Source of the DNA: Nitrospirota bacterium
Lineage (GTDB): Bacteria; Nitrospirota; UBA9217
DNA length: 64,000 nucleotides
Reading direction: 5' to 3'
NCBI GenBank assembly: GCA_963751455.1
Contig: CAVVUN010000015.1
Span: 736,001-800,000 of the forward strand
The notes under the pieces are model-generated. The model did not search any database, was not told the DNA's origin, and was given only the letters and a program-made list of their open reading frames with translations. Both the position numbers and the translations under genes were made by a program. Below are positions 43,231 through 52,918 of this stretch, piece after piece. Within the stretch, counting starts at the first letter, position 1. The number at the start of each line of letters is the position of its first letter.

Positions 43231-43575
43231 TTAACGGCTGATTTCGAACAGATCGTAGTTCCTGACCGATGATTCTTTGCCTGCCATGTTCTGGCGCAGA
43301 CTGCCGGCTGCCGAGCCTTCCACTACGCGGCTATTTGATGCCGCCGGCGCGATCTCGAACAGATCATTGTAAATAGAAAAATCATTACTATTCACTTTTG
43401 TACGGGCGCTGCCCGCAGCCGAGCCCTCAAAGGCACTGTTCGCATGAGTAAGCGCTGCAGGAGCAATCTGGAATATATCGCCGTAATAAGAATCTCCGTT
43501 ATAGTCTGCCGCATAAACCGTCCCGAGACCAGCAACAAACACCATTGCAATCGTAAACAGAAAAGTCTTCTTCAT
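43231..43575 (-). CDS. small secreted protein with internal repeats
   Basis: signal peptide; D(I/L)F(Q/E)IAPAA...EGSAAGS.R repeated 2.5 times. Confidence 0.7.
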   Translation of the reverse strand: MKKTFLFTIAMVFVAGLGTVYAADYNGDSYYGDIFQIAPAALTHANSAFEGSAAGSARTKVNSNDFSIYNDLFEIAPAASNSRVVEGSAAGSLRQNMAGKESSVRNYDLFEISR

Positions 43576-43759
43576 TGTCAACACCCCTTTCTTTTTAAAA
43601 TTTGATAAGTACTGCATACCGAAACCATTCATTTTTCATCACCTCTTTTTATTCCGTGCTTTAAAACACGTTTCGATCATTCCAGAAGGCTAAGCGGAGG
43701 CCTGACTACTGTTAGACTGAACATGAATCCTGTTTGCCTGCCTTCTATCATTCTTAATT

Positions 43760-43875
43760 TGCATATGCCGTGCCAGCCGGCAATCGTAGTTAAAGCCATG
43801 AAAATACAAATTATCCAATCACTGCAGTAACTATTGCTGAATCTACTGCTCCAAAGTGTTGTAGGATTTACTACT
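43760..43875 (-). promoter_or_regulatory. sigma54 promoter (43760-43776) with candidate activator box (43860-43875)
   Basis: CTGGCACGGCATATGCA near-consensus; AGTAGTAAATCCTACA 12/16 to the box; exact box also at 44092-44107. Confidence 0.7.
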
Positions 43876-44488
43876 AAAGGTTATCAAGATGGCGGCGGCT
43901 TCCGGAAATCCTCTGGTGAATACCGGTGCTGCTACCTCATCATTGCATCATCTCCCACTCGAGCGGAGGGAGCGGAATCTTGAAAACCAATAAACATGAG
44001 TACATCACGATTTGTGTTTAGATTGATGATTACCCCGGAATGATTCGAGGAGCCTTTTTTGGGGTGCAATTTTTGTTTTGGGTTTTGTGATTGTATCAAA
44101 TACTACAGTACTTCGTTGAAAGCGTTTTATATCCGGTTTTGACGTTTCAGAAGAGCAATGAAAGCATTGAAGTCTTGGTTAGTTTGCCAACTTGTCGCGA
44201 TCACTTAAAGCTGTTCCTCTCGTTCTCTCCTGTTTGACTTTGTCAAACACCCTTGATTCGGTCAATCTGAAAGCCATCACGAAGAACGTTTTTACAATCT
44301 GGGACAGCAATGGTAATCAAGTGGCAAAAAAGCGTGTTGACATGGTCGGCAAAAAGAACCTGGGCTTCAGCGGCGTTAAAGCGGTAAATGAAAAGACCAT
44401 CGGTGAGTGGCGCGAATCATACGAGAATTCTCTGGATAAAATCATCGGTTCGCTTTAAATCAATCTGAATCGGCAACCCACAGAAAAT

Positions 44489-44524
44489 AAAGGAGCTGCG
44501 GTAGTCTACCGCGGCTCTTTTTTA
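44489..44524 (+). terminator. rho-independent terminator after a gene remnant (~44250-44458)
   Basis: GAGCTGCGGTA/TACCGCGGCTC hairpin with T-tract. Confidence 0.6.
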
Positions 44525-44555
44525 TGCGGAAGCGGCGTTGAATTGTTCGAAATAG

Positions 44556-44583
44556 GGAACAACATCCGAAATATTCCGTTTAA
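44556..44583 (+). promoter_or_regulatory. ECF2-type promoter
   Basis: GGAAC-N16-CGTTTAA; repeated at 45398 and 62897. Confidence 0.7.
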
Positions 44584-44665
44584 ATAAGTATACAGGGACA
44601 TAATGAGATCCCGTCAGCCAATCCCGTGGTTATCAAGTATATGGCATTAATCACCCATATCCTGT

Positions 44666-45253
44666 ATGATATTTCCCGTGCGAAACGGTAAAGACCTTCC
44701 ACTCATAACCAGGTTCAAAAGCGGCGACAATTCCGCATTTGAGGAGATCGTCCTCAAATACCAGGACAGGATTTACAACCTCTGCAGGCACATGCTTGAA
44801 AACGGGCACAATGCAGAGGATGCAGCCCAGGAAGTTTTTCTGAAAGCCTATCAAGCTCTTCCCAGGTTCCAGCCCGACGCATCCCTTTATACCTGGCTTT
44901 ACCGCATCGCAGTCAATACGTGCATTGATTATAAGAGAATACCCGTTTGGGAATCTCTTTTCGGGAAATCAGAAAAGGGAGAGTTTCTTCTCCATGACCG
45001 CGCCTCTGAAGATCCTTCTCCCGAACGGCTCTACGAATCCAAGCAAATGGACCGGGCGCTGCAAGCCGGGCTCGCGAAATTATCTCCGAAACTGCGGGCA
45101 GTCATACTATTGAAGGAGATCGAGGAGTTATCCTACGAAGAAATTGCAGAAACTCTCGATATTTCAATCGGAACGGTCAAATCGCGGATTGCCAGGGCTA
45201 GGGAAGAATTAAGAAAAATAATGACCCGAGAAACGGCAGTTGGACGCAGATAA
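44666..45253 (+). CDS. ECF RNA polymerase sigma factor (ECF2)
   Basis: AEDAAQEVFLKAY, TWLYRIAVN, SYEEIA..L....GTVKSRIARAR. Confidence 0.95.
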   Translation: MIFPVRNGKDLPLITRFKSGDNSAFEEIVLKYQDRIYNLCRHMLENGHNAEDAAQEVFLKAYQALPRFQPDASLYTWLYRIAVNTCIDYKRIPVWESLFGKSEKGEFLLHDRASEDPSPERLYESKQMDRALQAGLAKLSPKLRAVILLKEIEELSYEEIAETLDISIGTVKSRIARAREELRKIMTRETAVGRR

Positions 45254-45382
45254 AGGCGGAAAAGGCGGATTAAGATTGAAACGAAAGTCACCAACGGGTG
45301 AAGTTTTTAATAAGAAGGCTGGTTTTATTGTTTGATTTATCCGATGTTATCCGATTTTTCCGCGTCCAAATGCTCTTTTTAA
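45225..45382. mobile_element. diverged 158-bp MITE-like element in the 3' end of the ECF2 gene
   Basis: ends resemble the 164-bp element; AATGA direct repeat on both sides; removal restores ...RKIMKDFREQNE-stop. Confidence 0.65.
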
Positions 45383-45397
45383 AATGAAAGATTTCAG

Positions 45398-45425
45398 GGA
45401 ACAAAATGAATAAAATCGCGTTTAA
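45398..45425 (+). promoter_or_regulatory. ECF2-type promoter upstream of the anti-sigma
   Basis: GGAAC-N16-CGTTTAA. Confidence 0.6.
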
Positions 45426-45436
45426 CCATATAGGAG

Positions 45437-45925
45437 ATGACCATGAAGTGCTTACAGTCTGAAACCATATCGGCATATTTAGACGGCGAATTGGACGATA
45501 AGAAGCGAAGTGCTGCAGAAATCCATTTCAAAAGTTGCGCCCATTGCGCAGGGGCGCTCGAGGAAATGCGATCGCTGCGGACCGCGTTCTCAAACGCAGA
45601 GCAGTACCCTGCTCCCCGTGGTTTTTCAAGCCGGGTAATGGCACGAACAGCGGCCCTGAAATCCCCATCACCCTACCCTCTCCCCGCAGGGGAGAGGATT
45701 AGAGGCATGCGTGCACCGGCGTTCTTAAAGTTTGCAGAAGCCGCGGTGCTGATCGTCGTGATCACCGTCGGCGTCATGACAGGAAAAGTCATGGTAAACG
45801 GCTCTTCTAACTTGAAGACAACGAACATGTCATCCTCTTTCTCCCTGGATGTGTTCGATGCGGCGCCGCCGGACTCTCTGGGGGGAGCATATCTTGCCAT
45901 GACGGAGGTCGCTCATGAAAAATAA
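45437..45925 (+). CDS. zinc-finger (HxxxCxxC) membrane anti-sigma factor
   Basis: SAYLDGEL...HFKSCAHC, one TM helix. Confidence 0.9.
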   Translation: MTMKCLQSETISAYLDGELDDKKRSAAEIHFKSCAHCAGALEEMRSLRTAFSNAEQYPAPRGFSSRVMARTAALKSPSPYPLPAGERIRGMRAPAFLKFAEAAVLIVVITVGVMTGKVMVNGSSNLKTTNMSSSFSLDVFDAAPPDSLGGAYLAMTEVAHEK

Positions 45926-46403
45926 CATCATCAAATTTGCCCTGGCGGCCTCCCTTATATTGAATCTGTCGGTATTCGCCACGGCCGGATACCGCTATTA
46001 TGCGCAGTCCCGGCTATGGGTTTCGCCCTTCGGCAAGATAATGGAGAAGAACCGTTTTCTGTTCGAAGAGCTCTCGCTGAAACCGGATCAAATGAGCTTG
46101 ATGAAAAGCAAAGCCATACCGTTCCGGGTGGAGATCGACAGGCGGAGGCAGAAAGTCGATGCGAAAAGGAAAGAACTGGTTGCGCTCATGCGCCTTGATA
46201 AGCCCGATAAAAAGGCAATCGACACGACGATCAAGGAGATAAGCAGTAAACAGGAAGAGATGCAGCGGATGATAGCCGGCCACATGCTTGAGATAAAGTC
46301 GTCCCTCGATAAAGGCCAGCAGCAGAAGTTCCTGGATCTCATAGAACGCAGCATGCTCGGTAGCGGTCAGATGTCATGTCCGCCCGGACAACTTCGGAGG
46401 TAG
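45915..46403 (+). CDS. periplasmic heavy-metal sensor (Spy/CpxP/CnrX-like)
   Basis: SL.LNL anchor, L.L...Q, helical hairpin, L...QQ.KF. Confidence 0.8.
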   Translation: MKNNIIKFALAASLILNLSVFATAGYRYYAQSRLWVSPFGKIMEKNRFLFEELSLKPDQMSLMKSKAIPFRVEIDRRRQKVDAKRKELVALMRLDKPDKKAIDTTIKEISSKQEEMQRMIAGHMLEIKSSLDKGQQQKFLDLIERSMLGSGQMSCPPGQLRR

Positions 46404-46632
46404 CTATGTTGCGAATACGGCGTGAAGTCAATTGCAATCAGATGCGTGCTCGCCGCTAATTAAACCATGACCTCACACAATCAGGAGAGTCGTGCGCGAA
46501 TAGGAAGGCATAGTGGACCGGGTCCCGGAAGTTTGATGGTAAATGCCGTCGTTCGCCGCCGTCCTTACGTCAAGCATAACGAGGGCGAAAAGTATTTGCA
46601 TTGACAATTGGTGTAAATGCAATTTATCACCA

Positions 46633-46680
46633 TGTTTCACCTACTACTAAACAGGAGTTCGTAGAAGTGAACCTGTAACA
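46633..46680 (+). repeat. direct repeat, second copy at 51104..51150
   Basis: 22 identical bp TGTTTCACCTACTACTAAACAG followed by gtagaa.tgaa.ctgtaaca. Confidence 0.75.
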
Positions 46681-46702
46681 ATTACTGCGTGAAACCGCAT
46701 GC

Positions 46703-47731
46703 TTACTTCGTCTTGAACTTCCTCAGCCCTGTGCAATCCACAAGCCTGTCCATATTTTGAAGCGTAAAAACTTTTCCGCGCGTAGCCAGCAGCATTTTTT
46801 TCATATCTTCGCGCCGTACGCCGAAACCACGGCCTGCAATACAGGCAATAACTTCATATTTCGGTTTTCCTGCCGGTTGACCTTCCATACTCAATTGCCC
46901 CAGGTGTTGAATGCGAGTGACCTTGTCACGTGCTGTTCCGTCGTCCTCGGTAATTTTCGCTTCAATGATCACCTTCGGGTTGAATTCGCTGGGAATGATA
47001 AAATCAGGCGCCTGGTCGAAATCCTGAAGTTTCTCCGCTCTTTTTGTTTTCCTGTAGCTGACACCCGCTTTGCTCAACACTTCCTCAATTACGGATTCTA
47101 AGCTATCCCCGATAAGTTCGCTTACGGAATCGCGGTGCCCTGCAAAAGGCCTTCCGAGAAAGCGCTCGTACAGGAGCATTGCGTAAGGGGCCCCGATTTC
47201 CGCAAGTGTCCTGATACCCTCCAGGCCGTTTTTGGTATCTGCCTTATCAAGGCGGTGTATCTTATCGGGCTCTACAGCCGGGACTTTTCTTGTTAAAAAT
47301 TCGCAAGCCGTTATTATCAGCGCATTAAGTCGATCAGCTGTGACTCCATTAACTAATAGTGGCGTTAATGGCGCCATGCGAATCTTACGGTCAATTGAGC
47401 GGACGCACCCTTGCGTAACCTCCACTTTAGTGTGTTGAGTAGTCACGTATGCCCACTCAGGCGGCGTGAATCCCAGAATTGTTCGAATTACGATAAACGT
47501 GGCAGGTACTGACTTAACACAAGAAATTACCGTATCGGGAGAAAGATTGCTGAAACTGCCTGTGCACTTCTTAAGCGCCTCGTAACCTTGCTCGAATATT
47601 TGGTATTCAACGAATCCCTCACCCTTGGGCATAATTAAAAATTCAGATTCAAGGCAGGAAAATACAGCTGCCACATATTGATCCAAATCCGCCCGCACTT
47701 GTTCGAAAGCCACCTCAAAAGGAAATTTCAT
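46703..47731 (-). CDS. putative type II restriction endonuclease
   Basis: APDFII...IIEAK (PD-(D/E)XK); overlaps methyltransferase end. Confidence 0.75.
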   Translation of the reverse strand: MKFPFEVAFEQVRADLDQYVAAVFSCLESEFLIMPKGEGFVEYQIFEQGYEALKKCTGSFSNLSPDTVISCVKSVPATFIVIRTILGFTPPEWAYVTTQHTKVEVTQGCVRSIDRKIRMAPLTPLLVNGVTADRLNALIITACEFLTRKVPAVEPDKIHRLDKADTKNGLEGIRTLAEIGAPYAMLLYERFLGRPFAGHRDSVSELIGDSLESVIEEVLSKAGVSYRKTKRAEKLQDFDQAPDFIIPSEFNPKVIIEAKITEDDGTARDKVTRIQHLGQLSMEGQPAGKPKYEVIACIAGRGFGVRREDMKKMLLATRGKVFTLQNMDRLVDCTGLRKFKTK

Positions 47732-49925
47732 CGCTGTCCGCCCCATAAATTTCTGATTTTTCTTTTACAGCTACTGTCCTAACCATCGCTGCATTCATCA
47801 GTTCTTCGCTAAAATGCTTTTCAACAGCTTCTAATCCGCCGAACTCCACAATCATCGACGCAACTGCCGCAGTCTTATCCCGGAGCGGCTTCGACTTGTC
47901 CCATTGGTGCCGCAGATGCCATACAGCGAGCCTTATAAGATGCCCATAAATAATGCAACGCACATCTCCCCGTGTTTCCTTGAGACCAGCTTGACGCAGT
48001 TTTTCCACATCATCTCGAACCAGATCGGCAAGCGCTGCCGGTGTTTTCACCAGCCAGCGAGCAGGCACAGAGCCGGTAGATCGACAGACAAAAACCGTAT
48101 CAACAATAGACGAACCGGTGCCATTGATATGGATCGAGGCGCCCATCTCAGCCGGGCATGGCAAGGATGCGGAACAGACCAGGCCGGAATCGAGCATTGC
48201 CACGGCAATGGGATAATAGGCTTCAAGACTATTATGATGATAGGTAAACGCCAGGGGATGACCGGGTTTTAAAGCACGCGCCATTTTTTGGAATACAAGC
48301 GAGAGGCCTTCCGTAAAATGGTCGAGGCCCCGTTCCATATTGACGTTGCCTGTAAGTTCCTGTTTGTCCCGGGTCGTATCGCGTGCGAAAGCCGGGTCCC
48401 CTGCTCCCACGAGCCGCCGCAGCCAAACATAGCAGAAATCCATCAGTTCAGCATACTGCACATTTCCGTAATAGGGAGGGTCGGTAAACACCGCGTCCAC
48501 GCTGGCAGGCTTCAGGTCAGCTTCCATCGAGCTTTGACTGAGAATGCGGATTTCGCGTCTCGCCAATGGGACAGTCCCGTTTCTCTGGTCGCCGATCCAT
48601 TCATTCTGAATAGGAACCAGAATTTTGCGTCCCTCTACGTGCCGTATCTCAAAGGGCGCATCACAATAAGCTTTGGCCTTAAAGTATTTTTCAATGATGT
48701 TGGACCAACCGCCGCTCCCGACGCTCATGCCCCCGCCGTTCATGATTCCCAAAAAGTTCGACTCACACTGCACAAGCCCCACTGGAAAACCATGAACGGA
48801 AAAGATATCGAGCGATTTAAGCGCCATTGAGTCATACCGGCAGAGCATGTTCTGGTAACGAAGAAGATCTGAAAGATTGGTCGCGAGAGCATTACGAACA
48901 CGCTCATCCACGACGCCGGCAATGGCCCGGCAGCTCAGCTCCAGCCCGAGGAGCTGGCGCGAATTGAACATCTCACTATATTTTTTATAGCCCCATCGAT
49001 GGAGCCGCGCCGTCTCATCGCCCCCCAATATCGCGTCATCGGGCACAAACGTAGTCTCCATACTACTCAATCTGTTCGCGGCCTCGGCATATTTCGCCAG
49101 GTCGGTTCGCGAAGGCTTCTTAAAGAATCTTCCCTCGTGACCCGGTTTACATTTTTTACAGTGATACTCCATAGCATACATCCGATGAACCGGCGGATGT
49201 TCAGGCTTGAAAGAGTAGGAGTTATCCTTGCCGCAGTGTTTGCATGAATATTTGCTTCTTCGGGCGGGGCCTTCGATCACCAGGCGTTCGCCGCATGACT
49301 TGCACTTACCCGGCCGTTGCCGGTCTTTTGCTCCGCTCAATTCGCCGCAACACGAGCAAACATAGACGTTCTCCGGATGCCGTTTATCTTCCGCAAGCAG
49401 GTATCCGGGGAAAAGATCGTTTGCTTTCCCGCAGCCGGTGCAGGTATGTTGCTTTACCCAGAGGAAATATTTTACGTGAGCCGTCCTTGACCCGCACTCA
49501 AGGCAAGTCGTGCGGTACAAGCTTCCGATCTCCCGCTCCAATCCGCTGACAAGCTCATCCGCTGCTTTACGATAGGCTTTTAAATCAAGGTGCTCGATCT
49601 CCTGCCGTACAATCCAATAGGACATGGGGTTGATGTCGTAACCGATCACATCGCAACCAACGCGGTTTGCCTCAAGGATAGGCGTGCCTCCTCCCATGAA
49701 GGGATCAACTACAACAAGGCCCGATAGATTATTGGAAGAGTAAAAAGCATCCTGGAGCGGTTTGTCTACGAATTCCGAAAGGAGAAGCCCGCGGAAAAGG
49801 GTCCCCGGCCGCCGGGCGAACCATTTGTGAACGGCAATAATAGGCCGGTAATTTTGCTGAATTTGCTTTTCTCGCAGTGCCAGGGAGGAAATAAATGGGA
49901 CTTCGAATTTTTTTTCTATGGACAT
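47715..49925 (-). CDS. amino-DNA methyltransferase with Zn-ribbon insertions (DUF1156-like)
   Basis: HKWFARR, DPFMGGG (motif I), several CxxC, FTDPPY (motif IV). Confidence 0.9.
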   Translation of the reverse strand: MSIEKKFEVPFISSLALREKQIQQNYRPIIAVHKWFARRPGTLFRGLLLSEFVDKPLQDAFYSSNNLSGLVVVDPFMGGGTPILEANRVGCDVIGYDINPMSYWIVRQEIEHLDLKAYRKAADELVSGLEREIGSLYRTTCLECGSRTAHVKYFLWVKQHTCTGCGKANDLFPGYLLAEDKRHPENVYVCSCCGELSGAKDRQRPGKCKSCGERLVIEGPARRSKYSCKHCGKDNSYSFKPEHPPVHRMYAMEYHCKKCKPGHEGRFFKKPSRTDLAKYAEAANRLSSMETTFVPDDAILGGDETARLHRWGYKKYSEMFNSRQLLGLELSCRAIAGVVDERVRNALATNLSDLLRYQNMLCRYDSMALKSLDIFSVHGFPVGLVQCESNFLGIMNGGGMSVGSGGWSNIIEKYFKAKAYCDAPFEIRHVEGRKILVPIQNEWIGDQRNGTVPLARREIRILSQSSMEADLKPASVDAVFTDPPYYGNVQYAELMDFCYVWLRRLVGAGDPAFARDTTRDKQELTGNVNMERGLDHFTEGLSLVFQKMARALKPGHPLAFTYHHNSLEAYYPIAVAMLDSGLVCSASLPCPAEMGASIHINGTGSSIVDTVFVCRSTGSVPARWLVKTPAALADLVRDDVEKLRQAGLKETRGDVRCIIYGHLIRLAVWHLRHQWDKSKPLRDKTAAVASMIVEFGGLEAVEKHFSEELMNAAMVRTVAVKEKSEIYGADSDEISF

Positions 49926-50061
49926 GGGATTTTTGGTAAGAAGAATAATGCTTCTCGATGAAAAGACAGTACAGCAATTTTGTTGAAAAAGCAAGGTGGG
50001 AGAGTATGGGGAGGACGTTTACAGAGCGAAGATATGGTTTCGAAACGTGGTGCAAGAATTT

Positions 50062-50513
50062 TTATGCAGCAATGAGATCCGCCAAAACGACTACTTTGAT
50101 TTCCTTAACCTGTCTGAGTTTTTTGTCATTGGTAACGAATGCATCAGCGCCGGCATGGACAGCCGCTGCGATTTGAATGGCATCAAGCGCCCTTAAATCC
50201 AGATAGTGCCCTCTCAACTTTCCGGCATCCTCGGCTATCGATGTTGTAATTTCAAGCATGTTGAAATTTATGCCATGTTCGAGGAACTCTGCGAATTTTC
50301 TTGCGAGCTTGTTGTCGCCTGCTTGTATTGGTTTCGGCAATACCTCAGTAAGGGTTATTACAAAGGAAAAGGCGGTTATGCGTCCTGAAAGGAATAAATC
50401 GAAAACTTCTTTTGTAAGGGGGCCGAACCGGGGATGGGCCTCGATGTAATAGATGATCGGCGCGGTATCAATGAAAAGGGTATTTAACCGGAAAACGTTT
50501 CGGCAATGGTCAT
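50062..50513 (-). pseudogene. vapC: PIN toxin, frameshift near 50490
   Basis: FIDTAPIIYYIE...LTEVL.KP...LDAIQ.A.A...TND; ATG at 50513 is out of frame. Confidence 0.75.
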
Positions 50514-50725
50514 GCCCGATCTTCCCTCAAGCGGTTGACATACTCCTGCGCGTCCTCATTTACCCAAAGGCCTTGGCCCAGGCCGTAGAGCTGGCTTAAA
50601 TCGTGTTTTTTCATAAGTCCGGTTTTTCTCAGTTGATGCGCAAGCTTCTCAACCAGCTTAAGCTGGTCTTCAGGCGAAAGTTTTTCTATTTGTCTCTCAA
50701 GTTCTTCCAAGGTTCCCTTTGCCAT
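50510..50725 (-). CDS. putative antitoxin
   Basis: LS..DQL.L...GLG..LW...DAQEYV..LR; overlaps PIN start. Confidence 0.75.
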   Translation of the reverse strand: MAKGTLEELERQIEKLSPEDQLKLVEKLAHQLRKTGLMKKHDLSQLYGLGQGLWVNEDAQEYVNRLREDRA

Positions 50726-51409
50726 TTTATTCACCTAAGAAAAGAATACTACAAACCTTTTGAAAAGGCAAGGAAAGTCTACCCCAATGTCAGGCAGAAA
50801 TATCGTATATTTATTGTACCCGACAGCCAAAGCCGCGCACACGGTATCAGGAGTCTATGTGAGTTTGGGTCAAGAGAAACCTTCGGACGGGAAGGGAGTT
50901 ACGGTTGACTTTTTCGGGCGAAGATTGAAATTTGATCTTTCGAGGCGCTGTTTATTTTACCTACAAGTCCGCACTTGGATTAACGTGAAGCAATTATCAA
51001 TTACCGGGTGAAACATGCACCGAAACTACTCACGGCTGCTTAATTCGCAAGTCCATTTCGGTCACTACGTCCCGGAGATTCGCTCTGGAAGGAAAGAGCT
51101 GTTTGTTTCACCTACTACTAAACAGATTTCTGTAGAATGAAACTGTAACAGTTGCCAAGTGGAAATTGTTAATACGAAAAAAGGGGGAAGAGCTGGAATG
51201 TCAAACCGCAAGACCTGGCCCTAAAGATTCGTTCTATGCGTAATGGACGAGCCATACAGGGGAGTTAGCAGAAGTTTAAAGAAAAGTCCAACAGTATGGA
51301 CCTGACCCTAAGAGGTTCCCTGATTGAAAGTTGAGCGAACGGGTAACTCGCCGCAAGGCAAGTCGAGGTTGACCCGCTGGTTGGATCATTATGTTATGTA
51401 TTAATTTAC

Positions 51410-52369
51410 TTATTTTCTTTTGATTAAACTCTTGATCCACGACATGCTTGATTCTATAACCCATATCCGTTGCTGATCGAGAGATTGCGGCCGTGCACCG
51501 CTTCCGGCACCATGGCTTCGTGGATTTCTCAAGGACGAAAAAAGATGTCTTATCGCATCTGCTTCCCATATTTCAATATATCTGCCGTTTTTTGTGCTCA
51601 CCAAGTTATCGACGTAATTTGAAGTGCCTTTTTCTTGACCAGTAGTCCAACCATTTGCATCGGATATTATCTTAATTGCACTTTCCAATGCCTGAAGAGC
51701 GTACACGACAGCATCGTCTTTTCCAGCATCTCGCCTGTCAAGAGCTTCCTTCATTTCCTTATCTACATTTGCCCATTTCTTATCAGAAACAAGAGCCCAA
51801 AAGGGTTTTTCAATTTCCTTGTCAGTTAACTCGTCCTCAACAAGTTGAATATAGCCGTTATGATATGCTAGCGGCAAATTCGCTTCTCTAAACCTTTCAT
51901 TTAGCTCATTGACTGACAATGCAAAATCTTCTACTTTCCCTTTGGAATTCACCGGGTCTGCTTTCGCTTTTGAAAGCATTGAAGCTAAAATGCCTAGTTT
52001 GTTAGCAGCGTTTTCTTTTTTTAGATAGTCCTCGGCGCCTCGGAACAACAACTCAATAAGCCCGATTCTCTTTTTAAGAAAGTAGTCTGGATCACCATGG
52101 CTATTGTTCCATAAATCATAATTTTCAAATATAAGTCTCAGGCATATTTCTTCATACGTTTTTCCTTCACCAAGCCGTCCAATACCATATTCCCTCGATA
52201 GCCTGTCATGTGCGGCTTTATATAAGTCATCTTTGATTGAAATTGAAATGAACAAATCCTGATCAATAATTTGTCCAGCCTGGCTCAAACATCGCCGAAG
52301 AGTATACGGAAATTGATCTCCGTATAGGAGACGGTAGGGATATCTTTTATGGAATGCATCGGTAAGCAT
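51410..52369 (-). CDS. AbiJ-like protein with C-terminal HEPN domain
   Basis: MLTDAF..RY start, ELN.RF.....L.YHNG, ALES.IKI, RNPRSH (RxxxxH). Confidence 0.75.
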   Translation of the reverse strand: MLTDAFHKRYPYRLLYGDQFPYTLRRCLSQAGQIIDQDLFISISIKDDLYKAAHDRLSREYGIGRLGEGKTYEEICLRLIFENYDLWNNSHGDPDYFLKKRIGLIELLFRGAEDYLKKENAANKLGILASMLSKAKADPVNSKGKVEDFALSVNELNERFREANLPLAYHNGYIQLVEDELTDKEIEKPFWALVSDKKWANVDKEMKEALDRRDAGKDDAVVYALQALESAIKIISDANGWTTGQEKGTSNYVDNLVSTKNGRYIEIWEADAIRHLFSSLRNPRSHGAGSGARPQSLDQQRIWVIESSMSWIKSLIKRK

Positions 52370-52918
52370 TTTAGTTTCCAATAACTCCACCGAGTGAAAC
52401 GTGGTGGGAGCGCTGATCTTTCGCTTTGCTATGCAATCTCATTTATCAATTTCAGGAGCGACTAGTTTACCTCCTGCATCGAAAGCATACCAAGTTCCTT
52501 CGACAGCAAAAAACGTCAGGCTCTCTCCTTGGTCTTTTAAAGTCCATTTATATTTGGACTCATCTATTTATCGCCGCGAAACTTGTCTTTCGAAATACGA
52601 TGTATTACCCGAAGAATGAACTACTTTATCTGCGCGCTTTACCATGTTGTCAATTGTTAGACGACCGTCTCGTTTCGAAGCACGTGTATATTCTGATTGA
52701 GTCTGTCGTATCTGGACGTTATCGGGTAGAACGAAGTGAAACCCGACATTTTTCCATTATCCATGCTATTCATCGTCACTTCCAATATTCCAGCCTACAG
52801 ACGTCGGGTTTCACCAAAAACGTTCTACCCGACCTACCGGCTCTTTTTTCAAAGAGTAGGTAGCGCCTATATTAGGCTATCAATTGGCTAATTCGGCTCT
52901 ATCATTCATGTTTGTCCT

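Noticed and set aside
52400-52880. ORFs between HEPN and Lamassu genes
   Set aside because: Plus-strand ORFs look spurious; the minus strand may hold a broken gene but no family could be recognised.
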